DNA of 64,000 nucleotides from Eledone cirrhosa (Eukaryota), in the NCBI GenBank assembly GCA_964016885.1, contig OZ024741.1, forward strand, positions 50,282,001 through 50,346,000. The letters run 5' to 3'. Positions 50,063 to 62,800 of this stretch are shown here, piece by piece. The notes beneath the pieces are model-generated. The model was not told the origin of the DNA, made no database searches, and saw only the letters and a program-made list of their open reading frames with translations. Position 1 is the first letter of the stretch. Every line of letters starts with the position of its first letter. The position numbers and the translations under genes were made by a program.

Positions 50063-51825
50063 CACTTTTTCCTGTTATTTCAAGCATTAAACTAATATAT
50101 TTCTTCAATGTACTGTCTCAACCAGAAACCCATACATTAGATAGAGAGAAACTTCCTGAGAAGGTGAGCAGATGATGTCAGCACAATTTTTTGAACCTCG
50201 CAGATTGTTGGTTTCCCTGAGATCTGGACGAAAACGTGTTGGTACCTTTTTTTATCATTCCCAGGGCACCCACAACAATAGGGACGATTCGGGTTTTTAA
50301 TTGCCACATCCTCAATCTCAAGGTCCTTGTATTTAGATAGTTTTTAAATTATTTTGCGTACCATTAACAGGATTGGCAGTATTGTTAGAGCGTTGGGCAC
50401 CATGCTGCGCGGCATAGAGTTGCGGCATTTATGTTCTGAGTTCAAATGCCTTTGAAGTTAGCTATGCCTTTCATCCTTAAGGTCAAATTCGGGGGCAAGA
50501 GAGTTATTAGATTTCATCACCCTGATACATGACTGGTGCTTATTTTATCAGCTCTGGAAAGACGAATAAACAAGTTGACCATGGTGGGATAAGAACTCCC
50601 TGTTGGCAGACCACATCTTGTTCATATATTCCATTTTTGGCATGATTTCTATGGCTGAATGATCTTTGTAATTCCACTTTACACAGTGTATAGGGTGCAT
50701 TTTATCATGGCCCCAACACTAGAGAAACGAAATTTAGAACGTACACAGATTGTATTACATAGGTTTCCCGAGTGTTTTAATGATAGGGAACCCAGTATTA
50801 TGAAAAGCAACATGAAATGAAGCATCTTGTTCAAGAACACAATATGCCACCTAGTCTAGGGTATTATGATGGTGAGTCCAACAGTCTAATCATTAGGCCA
50901 TGTACCGTCATTAGAGAAGCTGCCATGTCATCTCCAGACTCCTTCTTTTGAGGCAAACATAACCAAGAGAATAGAATAGGAATGACAACCAAGAAAGGGG
51001 AAAGAGGAGATGTGTCTCCATTTTTCCCTCTCTTAGGGGTTTATGTGCCCAACTTGTTCAACTATTTTTCATAGTGAAAAACTTACATCATAGAAGCTTT
51101 CTACAAGCTAGCATATATTCAAAATTCCCCCCTACCCCAAAAAAAAAAGAAAAAACATTATGTCTATTTTACTATTTCCCACTTACACTAACTCTCTAAT
51201 CATTCTCGCAGTATTTCAGTTATGACTCAGAAAAAATGTACTGTGGGGGAAGTACTCTTTCTTAACTGTTCTTTAACGTCATAGCCTGCTGATGAGAAAC
51301 ATAGGATACTCAAAAACTGACTGGTACCAAGAAAAGACGGCGCTGGATGGTAAAGGAAATTCCATGCCACCTTAAAATTTAGATAACTCTTTAACCATTG
51401 GTTGACAGTGTCGGTAGAGCCTCTGACACCATGTTTTTAGTTATGGCCCTTTACATTCCGAGTTCAAATCCTGCCAGGGTTAACTTTGCCTTTCATCCTT
51501 ACGGGGTCGATAAAATAAAGCACCAGTAATGCACTGGGGTAATTGCTGGTATTGTGCCAAAAGTAGAAACAATTATTAGATATTACTTCCAGGATATTCT
51601 AGCACCATCTACTGATGGTAGAATTATATGTATAAATCTATTATTTGTGGCCACATACAAGCCGCAATCTAACCTGACTTCTTGATCTGATGCCAGACTA
51701 AAAATCATTGGTATCATGTATGTAAGTATAGAAAGAAAGAAAGAAAGAAACACACACACTGTGTGTGTGTGTGTCTGTGTGTGGTGTGTGGTGTGTGGTG
51801 TGTGGTGTGTGGTGTGTGGTGTGTG

Positions 51826-51858
<33 letters not shown>

Positions 51859-51919
51859 CGGGTGCATATATATTTAAAGGAAAGACCAAAGGCTTTCAGA
51901 AATTTAACATACCTTTTAT

Positions 51920-52005
51920 TAGTCTACACATGTTTCAGTAATGAGAAGCAAACCTTAATCTATAATCTTTATTAATTACTTTCACTCATTGCCTCATCAG
52001 GAATA
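51920..52005 (-). ncRNA. Hammerhead motif with long stem II (inverted PLE terminal repeat 51866-52055)
   Basis: TATTC-CTGATGA-GGCAATGAG...CTCATTACT-GAAA-CATGTG-TA^GACTA. Confidence 0.55.
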
Positions 52006-52205
52006 ATAACGGTAATGTTACAAGAGCCCCTTAAAGTGGAGAATAAAAATAAAAAGCCTAACATAATAAGGTAATAACGTCCAGTCGTTTTTAAATAGCC
52101 AGTGTAAGGCATAAGGTAATCACTATTCGTTTTTAAACAAAAAGGGAGATAATCTATAAGTATTTATTGTAAGTAAATAATAATGATTTCTTTATTTATT
52201 GTAAA

Positions 52206-54458
52206 TAATAATGCTTTCTTTATTAACCACAGGGGTTTACATAAAGTAGACATTAAGGACAGTACAGGACAATACAGGACGGTACAAATGGGCATTTCTG
52301 CGTGTAAAAAAAACAGAGGATGTAATAAAAAATAACAATGAAAAATTCCCCAATAGGGGGGAGACTTTCGAGGGACATTTGTGGAGAAAGCCCATTAAAA
52401 AGGCCAGAGTGACCCTGACCACTAGGGCAAATGTCCTCTCCCAGTTTTCCACCTTTAATTTACAGACACATACTCAGAGTAGGCCCATTCACTCGGGCCA
52501 TACTTGCTTCTCTCACCCATCTTTCAACAAAATGCTGGGAAGAGAGCACTTCCCTCTCTACCCTGATTTTCCTTTTCAAATGAAATTTGAAAAAGTTAAT
52601 CAGGGCATCACCGAAGAGGTAAGTGCTCGTCTTCAGCCCTTTCAAACGTGTCCACCATACTATCTCTTTCGCCATGGCCACCAGACAGATAAAAACTGCT
52701 TGCCCTTCCCGGTTAAAGGAAGAGGGCGGGGCAATCCTCACGATGGACTCAGCTGATAGCTGGATCCGTCCTACACGTGACAGCAGGTGTTCGACATAAA
52801 CCCACAAGTCAGCAATGCTCGGACACTGGACGAGTGTGTGCAGAACGGTTTTGTCGCCCTGCGCGCATCTCGGACATACCCGGCTGATGGCATCTCCATG
52901 CCTGTAGAGTTTATCCCGAACTGGCAAAGCTCCTCGGAAGCACTGCCAGGCCAGGGATTTCTGGAAGTTGTCCATAGGCCCCGGCCTGAAAGTCCTTCCG
53001 AAGAGATTGTCTAGTTGATTTTCGTCGACGCCTAGAGTTTCTCCAAGTACGTCGTCACTCTTCCCCTCCACTAATCCTCTATAGAACGCCAAGGTGGAGT
53101 TTCGACCGATCACATTGCCCGATTGGACGAGGGCTGTGAGTGCCTGAAGACATTCCAGTTTCCAAGCACTCCCTCTCGGTCTTCGCTTGACCCAGGACTG
53201 CAGCTCCGTCAAGGAGACGAGCTGGGGAAAGACGTGTCTAGCAAACGGCGACCACACCTGATCACCATCGAGGAAGAGGTGGAGATGTCGTAGCCTGAGC
53301 GCGTGTCTGCGCATCATCAGCCACGGCATGCCCAGCCCTCCACGTAGCGGGTGTTGACAGCAGATGGACCGCCTGACCATCGGAGCGCGTCCCTTCCACA
53401 AAAAACGAAAGAGAAAACGCTCCAGCGCAGTCAGGCGGGGCTTAGGACAAGGTACGACGGTCAGGCGGTAGTAGATGACGGACGCGATGTACGCATTAGC
53501 CACCTCCGCTCGACCTTTCAGGGATAGCTTCCTCTCCGCCCATTTCTGGGTGAGAAGCCACCCTGCTCGTCACCTCGTCCCAGTTTTTGTCCGTCTGGAG
53601 GTCCGGACTGAACCAGACCCCTAGCAATTTAACCGGTCCATCCAACGACGCTGTTGGACGGCATGGACCTGCCTCTCCAGGTGCCGAGCTGCAGGCCCAC
53701 TGACTTTTCCTGGTTGATCATTGCTCCTGTCACCGCTTCGTATTCTCTTAGTGTAGTTCCGATCGCCTCGATGTATTTGGCGTTCGACACCACTACGGTG
53801 ACATCGTCTGCATATGCTGACACGGATCTTCCGCATCCTAGTTCGCGCGGGACCCCACTCAATGTCTCCAGTTTGTGCAGTAATGGCTCGAGAGTCAATA
53901 CGTACAAAAGGGACGAGAGGGGACATCCTTGGCGGACCGAGCGCATGATGTTGAACGGTTCCGAAAGGTGACCATTCACTCTCACCACAGAGCAGATGTC
54001 GCTGTGCATGGCAGCGATCCAGCCTCTGAAGACGGGCCCAAAGCCAGCCGCCCTCAGGACTGCCGCTAGGTAACGATGGTCGACCCTATCGAAAGCTTTC
54101 GACTGATCTAAATTGATCAAGGACCCACCCGTGCCAGCTTCCCTAGCTACCCTCTCTACGATGTATCGCATGAGGTGGAGGTTGTTGTGGATGGATCTGT
54201 CGGGAATGGCGCATGTCTGCGCGCCTCCCACCAGACCACCAACGACAAGCGCCAACCTCTTTGCTAGCACCTTGGCCAAAATCTTGAACTCTGTGTTTAG
54301 CAGAGTTATGGGCCTGAAATTATCTATGTTATCCCCCTTGTTCGGATCCTTTCTCAGCAGCGCCACAGCTCCTCGGCTCACAGAGCTGGGAATTCTCCCG
54401 TTCTGTTGCCAGTTTGCAGTAGACGTCCGCCAAGAGGCCTCCGAACAAGTCTAGCATC
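52206..54458 (-). mobile_element. Tx1/L1-clade LINE, 5'-truncated, frameshifted
   Basis: RT motifs NFRPITLLN, LDQSKAFDRVDH, SVRQGCPLS, AYADDV; C-terminal CPRC..H...C. AATAAA and (TTA)n tail; aataataatg at both ends (possible TSD). Confidence 0.93.
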
Positions 54459-54589
54459 TGTAATAATAATGAAATGTTTTGTATAAGACAATTCTAGCAC
54501 AAAATGTATACATACATATGCATACAAACACACATACATATAGCCACATAAATGTACATACCTCTCTCTATATATATATATATATGTGT

Positions 54590-54667
54590 GTATAGGAAAA
54601 GAGTCAGGACCCCGACGGTTGAGCTCCGGTCATTAGATCCGAACTAAACCAGTAGTATTACCCACTA
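54590..54667. mobile_element. Deleted relative of the 28238/61517 fold-back element
   Basis: aggaaaagagtcaggaccccgacgg...tagatccgaa...tattacccact, next to (TA)n. Confidence 0.6.
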
Positions 54668-54695
54668 TACTACCATTACCACACTTTCTTTGTTT

Positions 54696-54726
<31 letters not shown>

Positions 54727-54959
54727 TCCATATAGTCATATAAATGTACATACCTATATATTTATATACACATATATATATATACACACATATATCCATA
54801 GTCACATAAACGTACATACCTTTATATTTATATATACATATATACACACACACATACATACATACATACACACTTATGCATAAGCTTACATACACATCCA
54901 TCCAGGTGATTATGAAAAAATATATAGACAAAAAGTATAAATAACTGTGATATGGAAAA

Positions 54960-55472
54960 GCTTAAGAATAACTGTGGTAATAATGATTTAGAGAGAACTA
55001 AGACATGTTTACATATTTTCTTTTAAAACTACAACTTAACCACAATTATTGATATTAATATGGAAATCATCAATTTTCTGAGTGTCACCTTTGAATTAGA
55101 CTCAGGTCTATACAAAACATTCCATAAACCTGGGCAACAACTCCATTAATATTACGGGTTTGACTATTCCCTTACCTTGAGCTGGTTAATAATTAATTAT
55201 TAATATACTTCTACTTAGGACTGTTATCTACTTCTAATTTTTTACTTATGCACCCCTCTACTATTTCTAAATGCACACTTGTCTATTTTTATTCTCCACT
55301 CTAAGGGACTATTTTAACATTACCTTTATTATTCCTGATGAGGCAATGAGTGACAGTAATTAATCGAAATAATTGATTATGGTTTGCTTCTCCACATTAC
55401 TGAAACATGTGTAGAATATAAAAAATGTGTTAAATTTCTAAAAAGCCTTTTTTGTTTTTCCTCTAAATACAT
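54960..55472 (+). mobile_element. Penelope-like element remnant (RT C-terminal piece plus terminal repeat)
   Basis: NLTTIIDINMEIINFLSVTFELDSGLYKTFHKPG resembles the PLE RT pattern VNFLDVT.DL..G.Y..Y.KP. 55285-55472 is the inverted partner of 51866-52055. Confidence 0.65.
55330..55418 (+). ncRNA. Hammerhead motif with long (about 60-nt) stem II region
   Basis: TATTC-CTGATGA-GGCAATG...CATTACT-GAAA-CATGTG-TA^GAATA, with a perfect 5-bp stem I. Confidence 0.6.
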
Positions 55473-55643
55473 ATTAATGCTCTGTGATGCTGGTTATTTT
55501 CCAATCTTTCAGATCTTATCTCTCTGACTTCACCTTGGATTTATTTGATCTGCATGATTAATAATCATAACTCATTGAGATTCCCAGCATCTTGTTTAAT
55601 CAAAGCTAAGTAGATATCTCCATTTATAATTCTTTGTATAGAC

Positions 55644-55713
<70 letters not shown>

Positions 55714-57719
55714 TGTATATAATATATATCATCATCATCGTTTATCTTCCACGCTTGCATCGGTTATTAAAAATGTATAATATATATATATTATACACAC
55801 ATAATATATGCATATACAGTTTTGCATTGTATTTTATGTTAATTCATATTGTGTAATTTATTATATACTTTGTATATTATCACACCTCTGCAGGTTTAGC
55901 TTCCAATGAGGTTGCATCTCATGGAAAGTTTCTTGGGTGTTTTAATTATAGGAGCCCCAGAGCTTTCATGAAAAGCAAAGTGAAATGAAATATCTGGTTC
56001 AAGAACACAACACACTCACATTGTTTTTTATGAAAGCTCTGGGGGTTCCTATCATTAAAGCACCCATTGTGGTATTAGTTTTGGCTCTTTATGATCTAAG
56101 TTCAAATCTTGCTCAGGCCAACTTTGCATTTCATCTTTATAGAAAGGATAATATAGGATACCAGTCAAATACTCTCCAATTTATGACTTTGTACCTATGT
56201 GAGAAATTATTATTATTTGCCATAAAAGTACTGAATTATTCCCAAAAGTGCAAGAATTTTAACACATATTTCTTCATGGGCAAAAGCAAACTAGGTGGTT
56301 AGATGAGGCAGAGTTTAATTTAAACATTAAATAATTATATTCCATATAAATATCTTAGGACTGAAGACACTAACAAACCTGAGACTACGCATAAAACGTA
56401 GGTAAACCATAGCATTGTGTAAGCACTTAAGTCAGTCACACCTGAATAAAAAAATAACTACTTTGCTATTTACTTTCTATGCTAGTAACAAAGAATAAAC
56501 AATATCTGTTGGATTCAATGAAGGGACTTTATTTTAGCTGTAGCAACTGTGCTAATTTTTCACTCTAGTGACTAAGTACACAAATGCACATACACACACA
56601 TTAACTACTCTCCTCCCTCTATCACACACACACTCTCTATTACACGCACACAGTGTAACTGCTCTTCTTTGCAGTGAACAGACTGACTTGACATACAGTC
56701 CTCCAAACTGGATAATTCATTAATTGGGAGCAGAGAGGAGTTCTGGTGATATCAATTAGCACACTAAAATAACACACATAAATAGATACATTATATATAT
56801 ATATATACAAAACACACATACACACTTATACATCATAATTTTTATCTCATTTTACATATATATATATTTATATACATATTTATATATACATAGTCCTACC
56901 CATGCTAGCGTGGCCAATGGACGACGTTAAATGATGATGATGATGATGATGATAGGGCTGTATCTCAAACAAGGAAGCAGGGTTTAAACAGCTGAAACAG
57001 ATACCTGCAAAGCATCTTATTTGACAATAATCCCCCCACCACCACCAACAACAAACAAACAATAAAAAGGCAAAGTTGACCTCAATAAGATTGAAACTTA
57101 GAGTGTGGAGTACCCAGACAGATAGATACTGCTTGGTATTTAATCTGAAGGGATTGCTGTGCATCTTTCTGGACCACACTGCTGTGGAAATCCTTGGTGT
57201 GTAAACCAGATATATGAACCTCTCCAAGGTTGTACTGCAGAGGTCCGTGCCATAAACCAGTTACACACACTCATCATATTTGTGGATGTTCCACCTGCTA
57301 AAAATAGCAGCCAAATCTCTCTCAAACCACACTATCATCACAAAAAGAAAAATTACTCATTAGACAGTGTAGTTCTACATATCCTCTAAAAGGATGGCAT
57401 AGCCAGTCATCTGCTTGATCAAAACTGATCTCAGGCTAAACAAGAAAGGACACATTAGATAGTGTCATCCTAGATGCAGTATGTCAGAATAAAAATAGAA
57501 TAGAACAGCCTTGATCATAGGTCAGATGGATTAGGGCAGACTAATGACTATGTAGTGGTGTAGGGGTAGGACCAGAAGCACAGAATGGTTATGAGAATTG
57601 TCTTGTTTAATCATCATCATCACCACCCTATACCTCGCTCCATTGTAACCACAACCACCACTGGTGTCAAATGGAGGAGATCCTGTGTCAGTATGCGATT
57701 GACAAAGTCAATAATCTTC

Positions 57720-57775
57720 ACATACACTCACACAGTGCTCTACCTATACGCATTCACACACACAATGATCTACCT

Positions 57776-57817
<42 letters not shown>

Positions 57818-58015
57818 CTCTACCAGTGGGTAGTCCCACACACCATTCACCACTCTACCAGTGCACATTCAGTACTTTACAAGTGCGCATTCACACATAC
57901 ACACACACAATGCTCTACCTATACACATTCACACACATACATACAGTGCTCTACCAGTGTGTATTCCCACACACCCTACAGCGCTCTACCAGTGTGCATT
58001 CACACACACACACAT
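57720..58015. repeat. Degenerate minisatellite (cagtgctctacc...gcattcacaca), about 30-bp units
   Basis: About eight diverged units are visible. Confidence 0.75.
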
Positions 58016-58484
58016 ACGTTATGGCCTTGAGCAAGACACATTATTTCACGTTGCTCCTTCTGCCTAGAGTTGCGGCCGACAGATAGTATGAGCAATTAGA
58101 AAGACTAATGGAAACCGTTTCCTCGGTCCAATTTGACGAGCTCCACCCCACTGGTTAAGCGAATGAGGTCTGGGATCTTGCCAATCAACTGTCGATACAT
58201 ATATTAGAGAGTCGGGGCCTAATATTTCACTGGAGGGATAACATATATATTTATACATATATGAAAGACACATCAAGAAACAGTGAACATGGGGCACCAA
58301 AAATATTTCTCATCTAAATCTCAATGCTTGGCAGCAGACGCATAATGGCGAAGAAAGAGGAGGGCAAATCAATCAAACAATAATCACTCTACAACATCCC
58401 AACAAATTTCTACAAATGTAGTTCAATGAAGATTTTCCATCAACAGCCTCATCACTTTTCCATCTTCATTATCATCTTTTTTAA

Positions 58485-58693
58485 CCCTTCAGCATTTACA
58501 TTACTCTATTGTATTTTCATGGTAAACACTTTATTTCACATAATTATCTTACATAATATCGAATCTATGAGATTTTGATATTATTTATTTTGAGAACAAT
58601 ACCTTCACATACGTAAAAGTTGGTAGCTATGGTCAATTTGCACAGAAGGTGAGAGAATTCTGGTCAGATAGAGCCGGTTTAAATGCTAAAGGG
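58485..58693. mobile_element. piggyBac-type MITE (second copy)
   Basis: TTAA|CCCTTCAGCATTTA...TAAATGCTAAAGGG|TTAG; internal homology to 2308-2486. Confidence 0.75.
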
Positions 58694-58886
58694 TTAGATG
58701 TATCATGGATTACTTTACTGATTACAGAAGAAAGTGCACCACAGTCTTTGTTCAATTTATGTACATATTGTCAATTTACTGTTCAATTTATGTACCATAT
58801 CTATATGAATGTATATTTGCATATAATAACAATATGTACCGGTTCTTCTGCTAGTATATATAATTCCAGGCACATACTTTTCTATG

Positions 58887-61478
58887 TCATCATCATCATT
58901 TAACGTCCATCTTCCAGGCTTGCATGGGTTTGGACGGGAGTTTTCCCACTTGAGGCAAGAGTGGTTGTCTTGCTCGCATAGGACTGTCTGGCAGGTTTTC
59001 TACGGCTGGATGCCCTTCCTAACACCAACCACGTTTACAGTGTGGACTGAGAGGTTTTTACCGTGTTACCTACACGGCCACATTATAGCGTGGACTGTGT
59101 GTTTTTTTGTCGTGACACCTACATGACCTCATTTGTTTCGGACTGGATGTTGTGGTACCAACATAACTTTACACTGAAAGGGGTGGTGTGGATGGGGTGG
59201 GGGTAGTGGGACGGGGTGTATTTTTGTTAGAGGTGCCTACTGACTGTAGTAGGTTTCACTTTGTACTTAGGTAAGGCAGGTCTTCTGTATTACTGTGTAG
59301 CGCCAAAGATCTCGGTCCAGTGACATTGTCTTGGAGAGGTGTAAGTGTGTGAGGTCGGAATTTATCAAGTCGTCCCAGGTTTTTCTGGGTCTGCCTACTC
59401 CATGGCTACCGTCTATTTTTATTGCCCTGCACTTTTTTATACAGCTGTCGTCTTTCATGCGCATCATGTGACCATACCAACGTAGTCTTCTCTCGAGTAA
59501 ACAACATCTGATCCCTCTTATTTCTAATTTTTCCCTTAGTTCGTTTATGCTTTGACGTTCACGTATATTACTATTACACATCCAGCATGCAAGCTTCGTT
59601 CTTCTCCAGTCTGCGTATATCCTCTGCACACAATGCCCAGGTCTCACTGCCATGTAACATTGCTGTTCGTATGCAGGCATCATACAGCCTGCTTTCATTC
59701 TTAGAGAGAAACCTTTAGCGGCTAATAGTGGTATAAGCTCTCTGAACTTTTTCCATCCAGTTCTGACGCTAGCTACTGTACTTTCAGAGCACCCTCCACC
59801 ACTGTTGATTTTGTCACCCAAGTATCGGAAGGTGTCCACTATTTCTATTGAACCATCTGTGCAATGAAATGAGCTAGTATTCTGTGGGCACTTGCTGCTA
59901 CTTATTGCACCAGAGCACCGGCCACATATAAAATCTATGTTCTTAGTTAGCTTACCTGTGATCCCACTACATCTTTTATGCACCCATACTTTGCATTTGG
60001 GACATAAAATGGAGTTTCTACCTACTCCTTTCCTACACACTGAGCATGGCCATTTCCCGGATGGAACCGGTGCCCTATTTTCCTTCCTACAAACTAGAAC
60101 TTTAGTCTTAGACAGGTTAATTTTAAGGCCTTTTGATTCTAGGCCATGCTTCCATGTTTGGAATTTCTTCTCTAGTTCAGCCATTGATTCAACTATGAGC
60201 GTTAGATCATCTGCGTATAGGAGTTCCCATGGGCAGCCGGTCTTGAACTCCACTGTTATAGCCTGAAAGGCAATAATAAATAGTAGGGGGCTAAGAACGG
60301 AGCCCTGATGAACACCAACTTTTACGCTAAACTCTTCACTATATTCGTTGTTAATTCTAACCTTGCTGACTGTTTCTTTATACATGGCTTGTATAGCTCT
60401 CACAAGCCATTCATCAACACCTAGTTTTCTAAGAGTCCACCAGATAATGGAATGGGGGACTCTGTCAAAGGCTTTCTCCAAGTCGACAAAAGCTAAGTAT
60501 AGGGGTTTACTTTTAGCTCGGTACTTCTCCTGTAGTTGTCGTACAATGAAAAGAGCGTCTGTGGTACTTTTACCTGGCACAAACCCGAACTGCATTTCAT
60601 CTAGATCAATTCGCTCTCTGATTAGTTGCGCTATTACTTTTTCTGTGACCTTCATGACCTGGTCGATTAATTTTATGCCTCTATAGTTAACCCTATCTAG
60701 GGCATCTCCTTTACCCTTGTAGCAGTTAATGATGATACTGCTACGCCAGTCCTTCGGAACAACCCCATTCTGTATGACTTGGTTTACTATCCGGGTGACC
60801 ATGGTGTGTCCCACCGTTCCAGAAGCTTTCAGCATTTCAGCAACTATTTCTGAAGGCCCAGCCGCCTTACCCGTCTTCATATCTTTGATTGCCTTACTTA
60901 TTATACTACCTTCGACTAACACTGCTGGTCCCTCTATTGGATCGATGTGGGGGAGACTGTCTTTCTCCCATTTATTCTCCTCATTTAGTAGCCTTTCGTA
61001 GTGACACTTCCAAGCTACCTTCTTATCAGCGTCAGTGATGGCAAGTACACCATCATCATTAAGGACACACTTCTCCCTGACAATATTACAGTTTTCCTTG
61101 ACACATTGCCTAGCAATCCTGAACACCTCACGTTTTTGGTCCTCGCGTTGTAGAACATGCTTGAACTTTCTTTCCTCTGCTTCCCTTCTTGCGAAGTACA
61201 CTTGTCTCCTAGCTTCCCTCCTGGCCACTTGATAGTCTTCTCTACTTCCCCCATCCCGCCATACTTTCCAAGCCTGCTTTTTGGCCTTAATTGACTCTTC
61301 CACCTTACTGTTCCACCACCATGTTACTCTCCTCCTGCCTATAGGCCTGTTCCAGCCACAGACTTCGTCTGCCGCCATCAGCAGGTTTGCTTTCAGGAAT
61401 TCCCACTGTTTCTCTATATTGTACGACTAATTGCTCTTCCTTACTGTCGAAAACATCAAGTAATATGCTTTTAAATTT
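58887..61478 (-). mobile_element. RTE LINE, longest copy, 5'-truncated, with local frameshifts
   Basis: TWWWN..VFRIAR..LLYADD..PHD finger..GRPRKTW. Compensating frameshifts lie near 59690 and 59587. UTR and (GAT)n tail present. Confidence 0.95.
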
Positions 61479-61516
61479 ATATATGTATATATGCATAATG
61501 TCTATATGTACCAAAT

Positions 61517-61696
61517 ATAGCAAAAGAGTCAGGACCCCCGACGGCTGAGCTCCGGCCGTTTCGACAGCTAGATCCGAATTAGCCAGAGCTTAGCCGTCGG
61601 GGTCCTGACTCTTTTCCTATTACCCACTCTACTACCCTAAGTATCAAGTACTCTGATGCATTATGGTCCACCTGGCTCCTTACCACACATTCTTTG
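61517..61696 (+). mobile_element. PLE terminal-repeat fold-back element (family of 28238-28433)
   Basis: aaaagagtcaggacccc.gacggct / agccgtcggggtcctgactctttt inverted arms. The tail tattacccactctactaccctaagtat..agtactctg is the reverse complement of 28238-28320. Confidence 0.75.
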
Positions 61697-62170
61697 TATC
61701 AAATATATATATATCATTATAAACATCGTTTAACGTCTATTTTCCATGCTAACTTGGGTTAGAGAGGTTTGTCCCATTGGAGTTTGGCCCAAGTTGGGTC
61801 AGGTGACCATGACTTGCTCATATAGGATGTTTCTGGCTGGTTTTATATGGCTGGATGCCCTTCCTAACGCCAACCACATTTACAGAGTGTGCTGGGTGCT
61901 TTTTGCTGTGTCTCCTACACGACCACTTTACAGTGTGGGCTGGATGTTTTATGATACCAACATAACTTTACAGAGTAAGAGTGGTGTGGGCCACACACAC
62001 ACATACAGAGTTTGCCAATAAAATGTATACAGACTTCCAGAAAACAAATTAGTATAGATATTTTAATACTAAGTTTATTCAGATTATAAGCCCAACACTA
62101 ACCATTGAGCCATATGCCTTCACACATATCATTATTGTGTGTGTGTGTGTGTGTGTCTGTGTCTGTGTCT

Positions 62171-62213
<43 letters not shown>

Positions 62214-62647
62214 TGTGTGTGTGTGTGTCTGTGTGTGTGTGTGTCTGTGTGTGTGGAAATAGACAGGAGAAAAAAAAAACAGAGTGTGTGTTATCTCAGA
62301 CAATCTTCAATACTTGAATCTTTATTCCCACTATAACAGATAATTTTTTTTAATGTCTATTTTAATATGAGGGGGAGGGGCAGTGCCTGGTTCCCTATTC
62401 TTAACTAAGTCTCAGAAACAGACAAATATTCTCTCTTCAAAATCATCTTTACTCAGAGGTTAGTGGGAGAGGAAATGGAGAACTAATATGTACAACTGAC
62501 AAGTAGAAGAGGGGGTGCATCACCAGGGACACCTCTTCCTCACCCATTCTCTTCTCTCCATTAAACCTCTTTTACACACATATACCTACAACCATATCTC
62601 CATCCACCCAACAAAGGCCCAACCAGATGCAATACATATATATATAT

Positions 62648-62800
62648 ACGGGAACTATTATAGGCACCCGTTTTACGTGTGTTGTATTGCAGCGAATAAA
62701 TATGTGTATACTCTGGGAATGTGTCCTACATTACCTATTGAGTACGCTGAGATACAACCAGTCCTGGCATTGATAAATATGCTGGGTCCATCAACTTATT
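62648..62800 (+). mobile_element. Short (TA)n-embedded element tail
   Basis: Homologous to the reverse complement of 40806-40908; (TA)n on both sides. Confidence 0.55.

Noticed and set aside
51285-51330. CTGATGAG motif
   Set aside because: No GAAA and no supporting stems.
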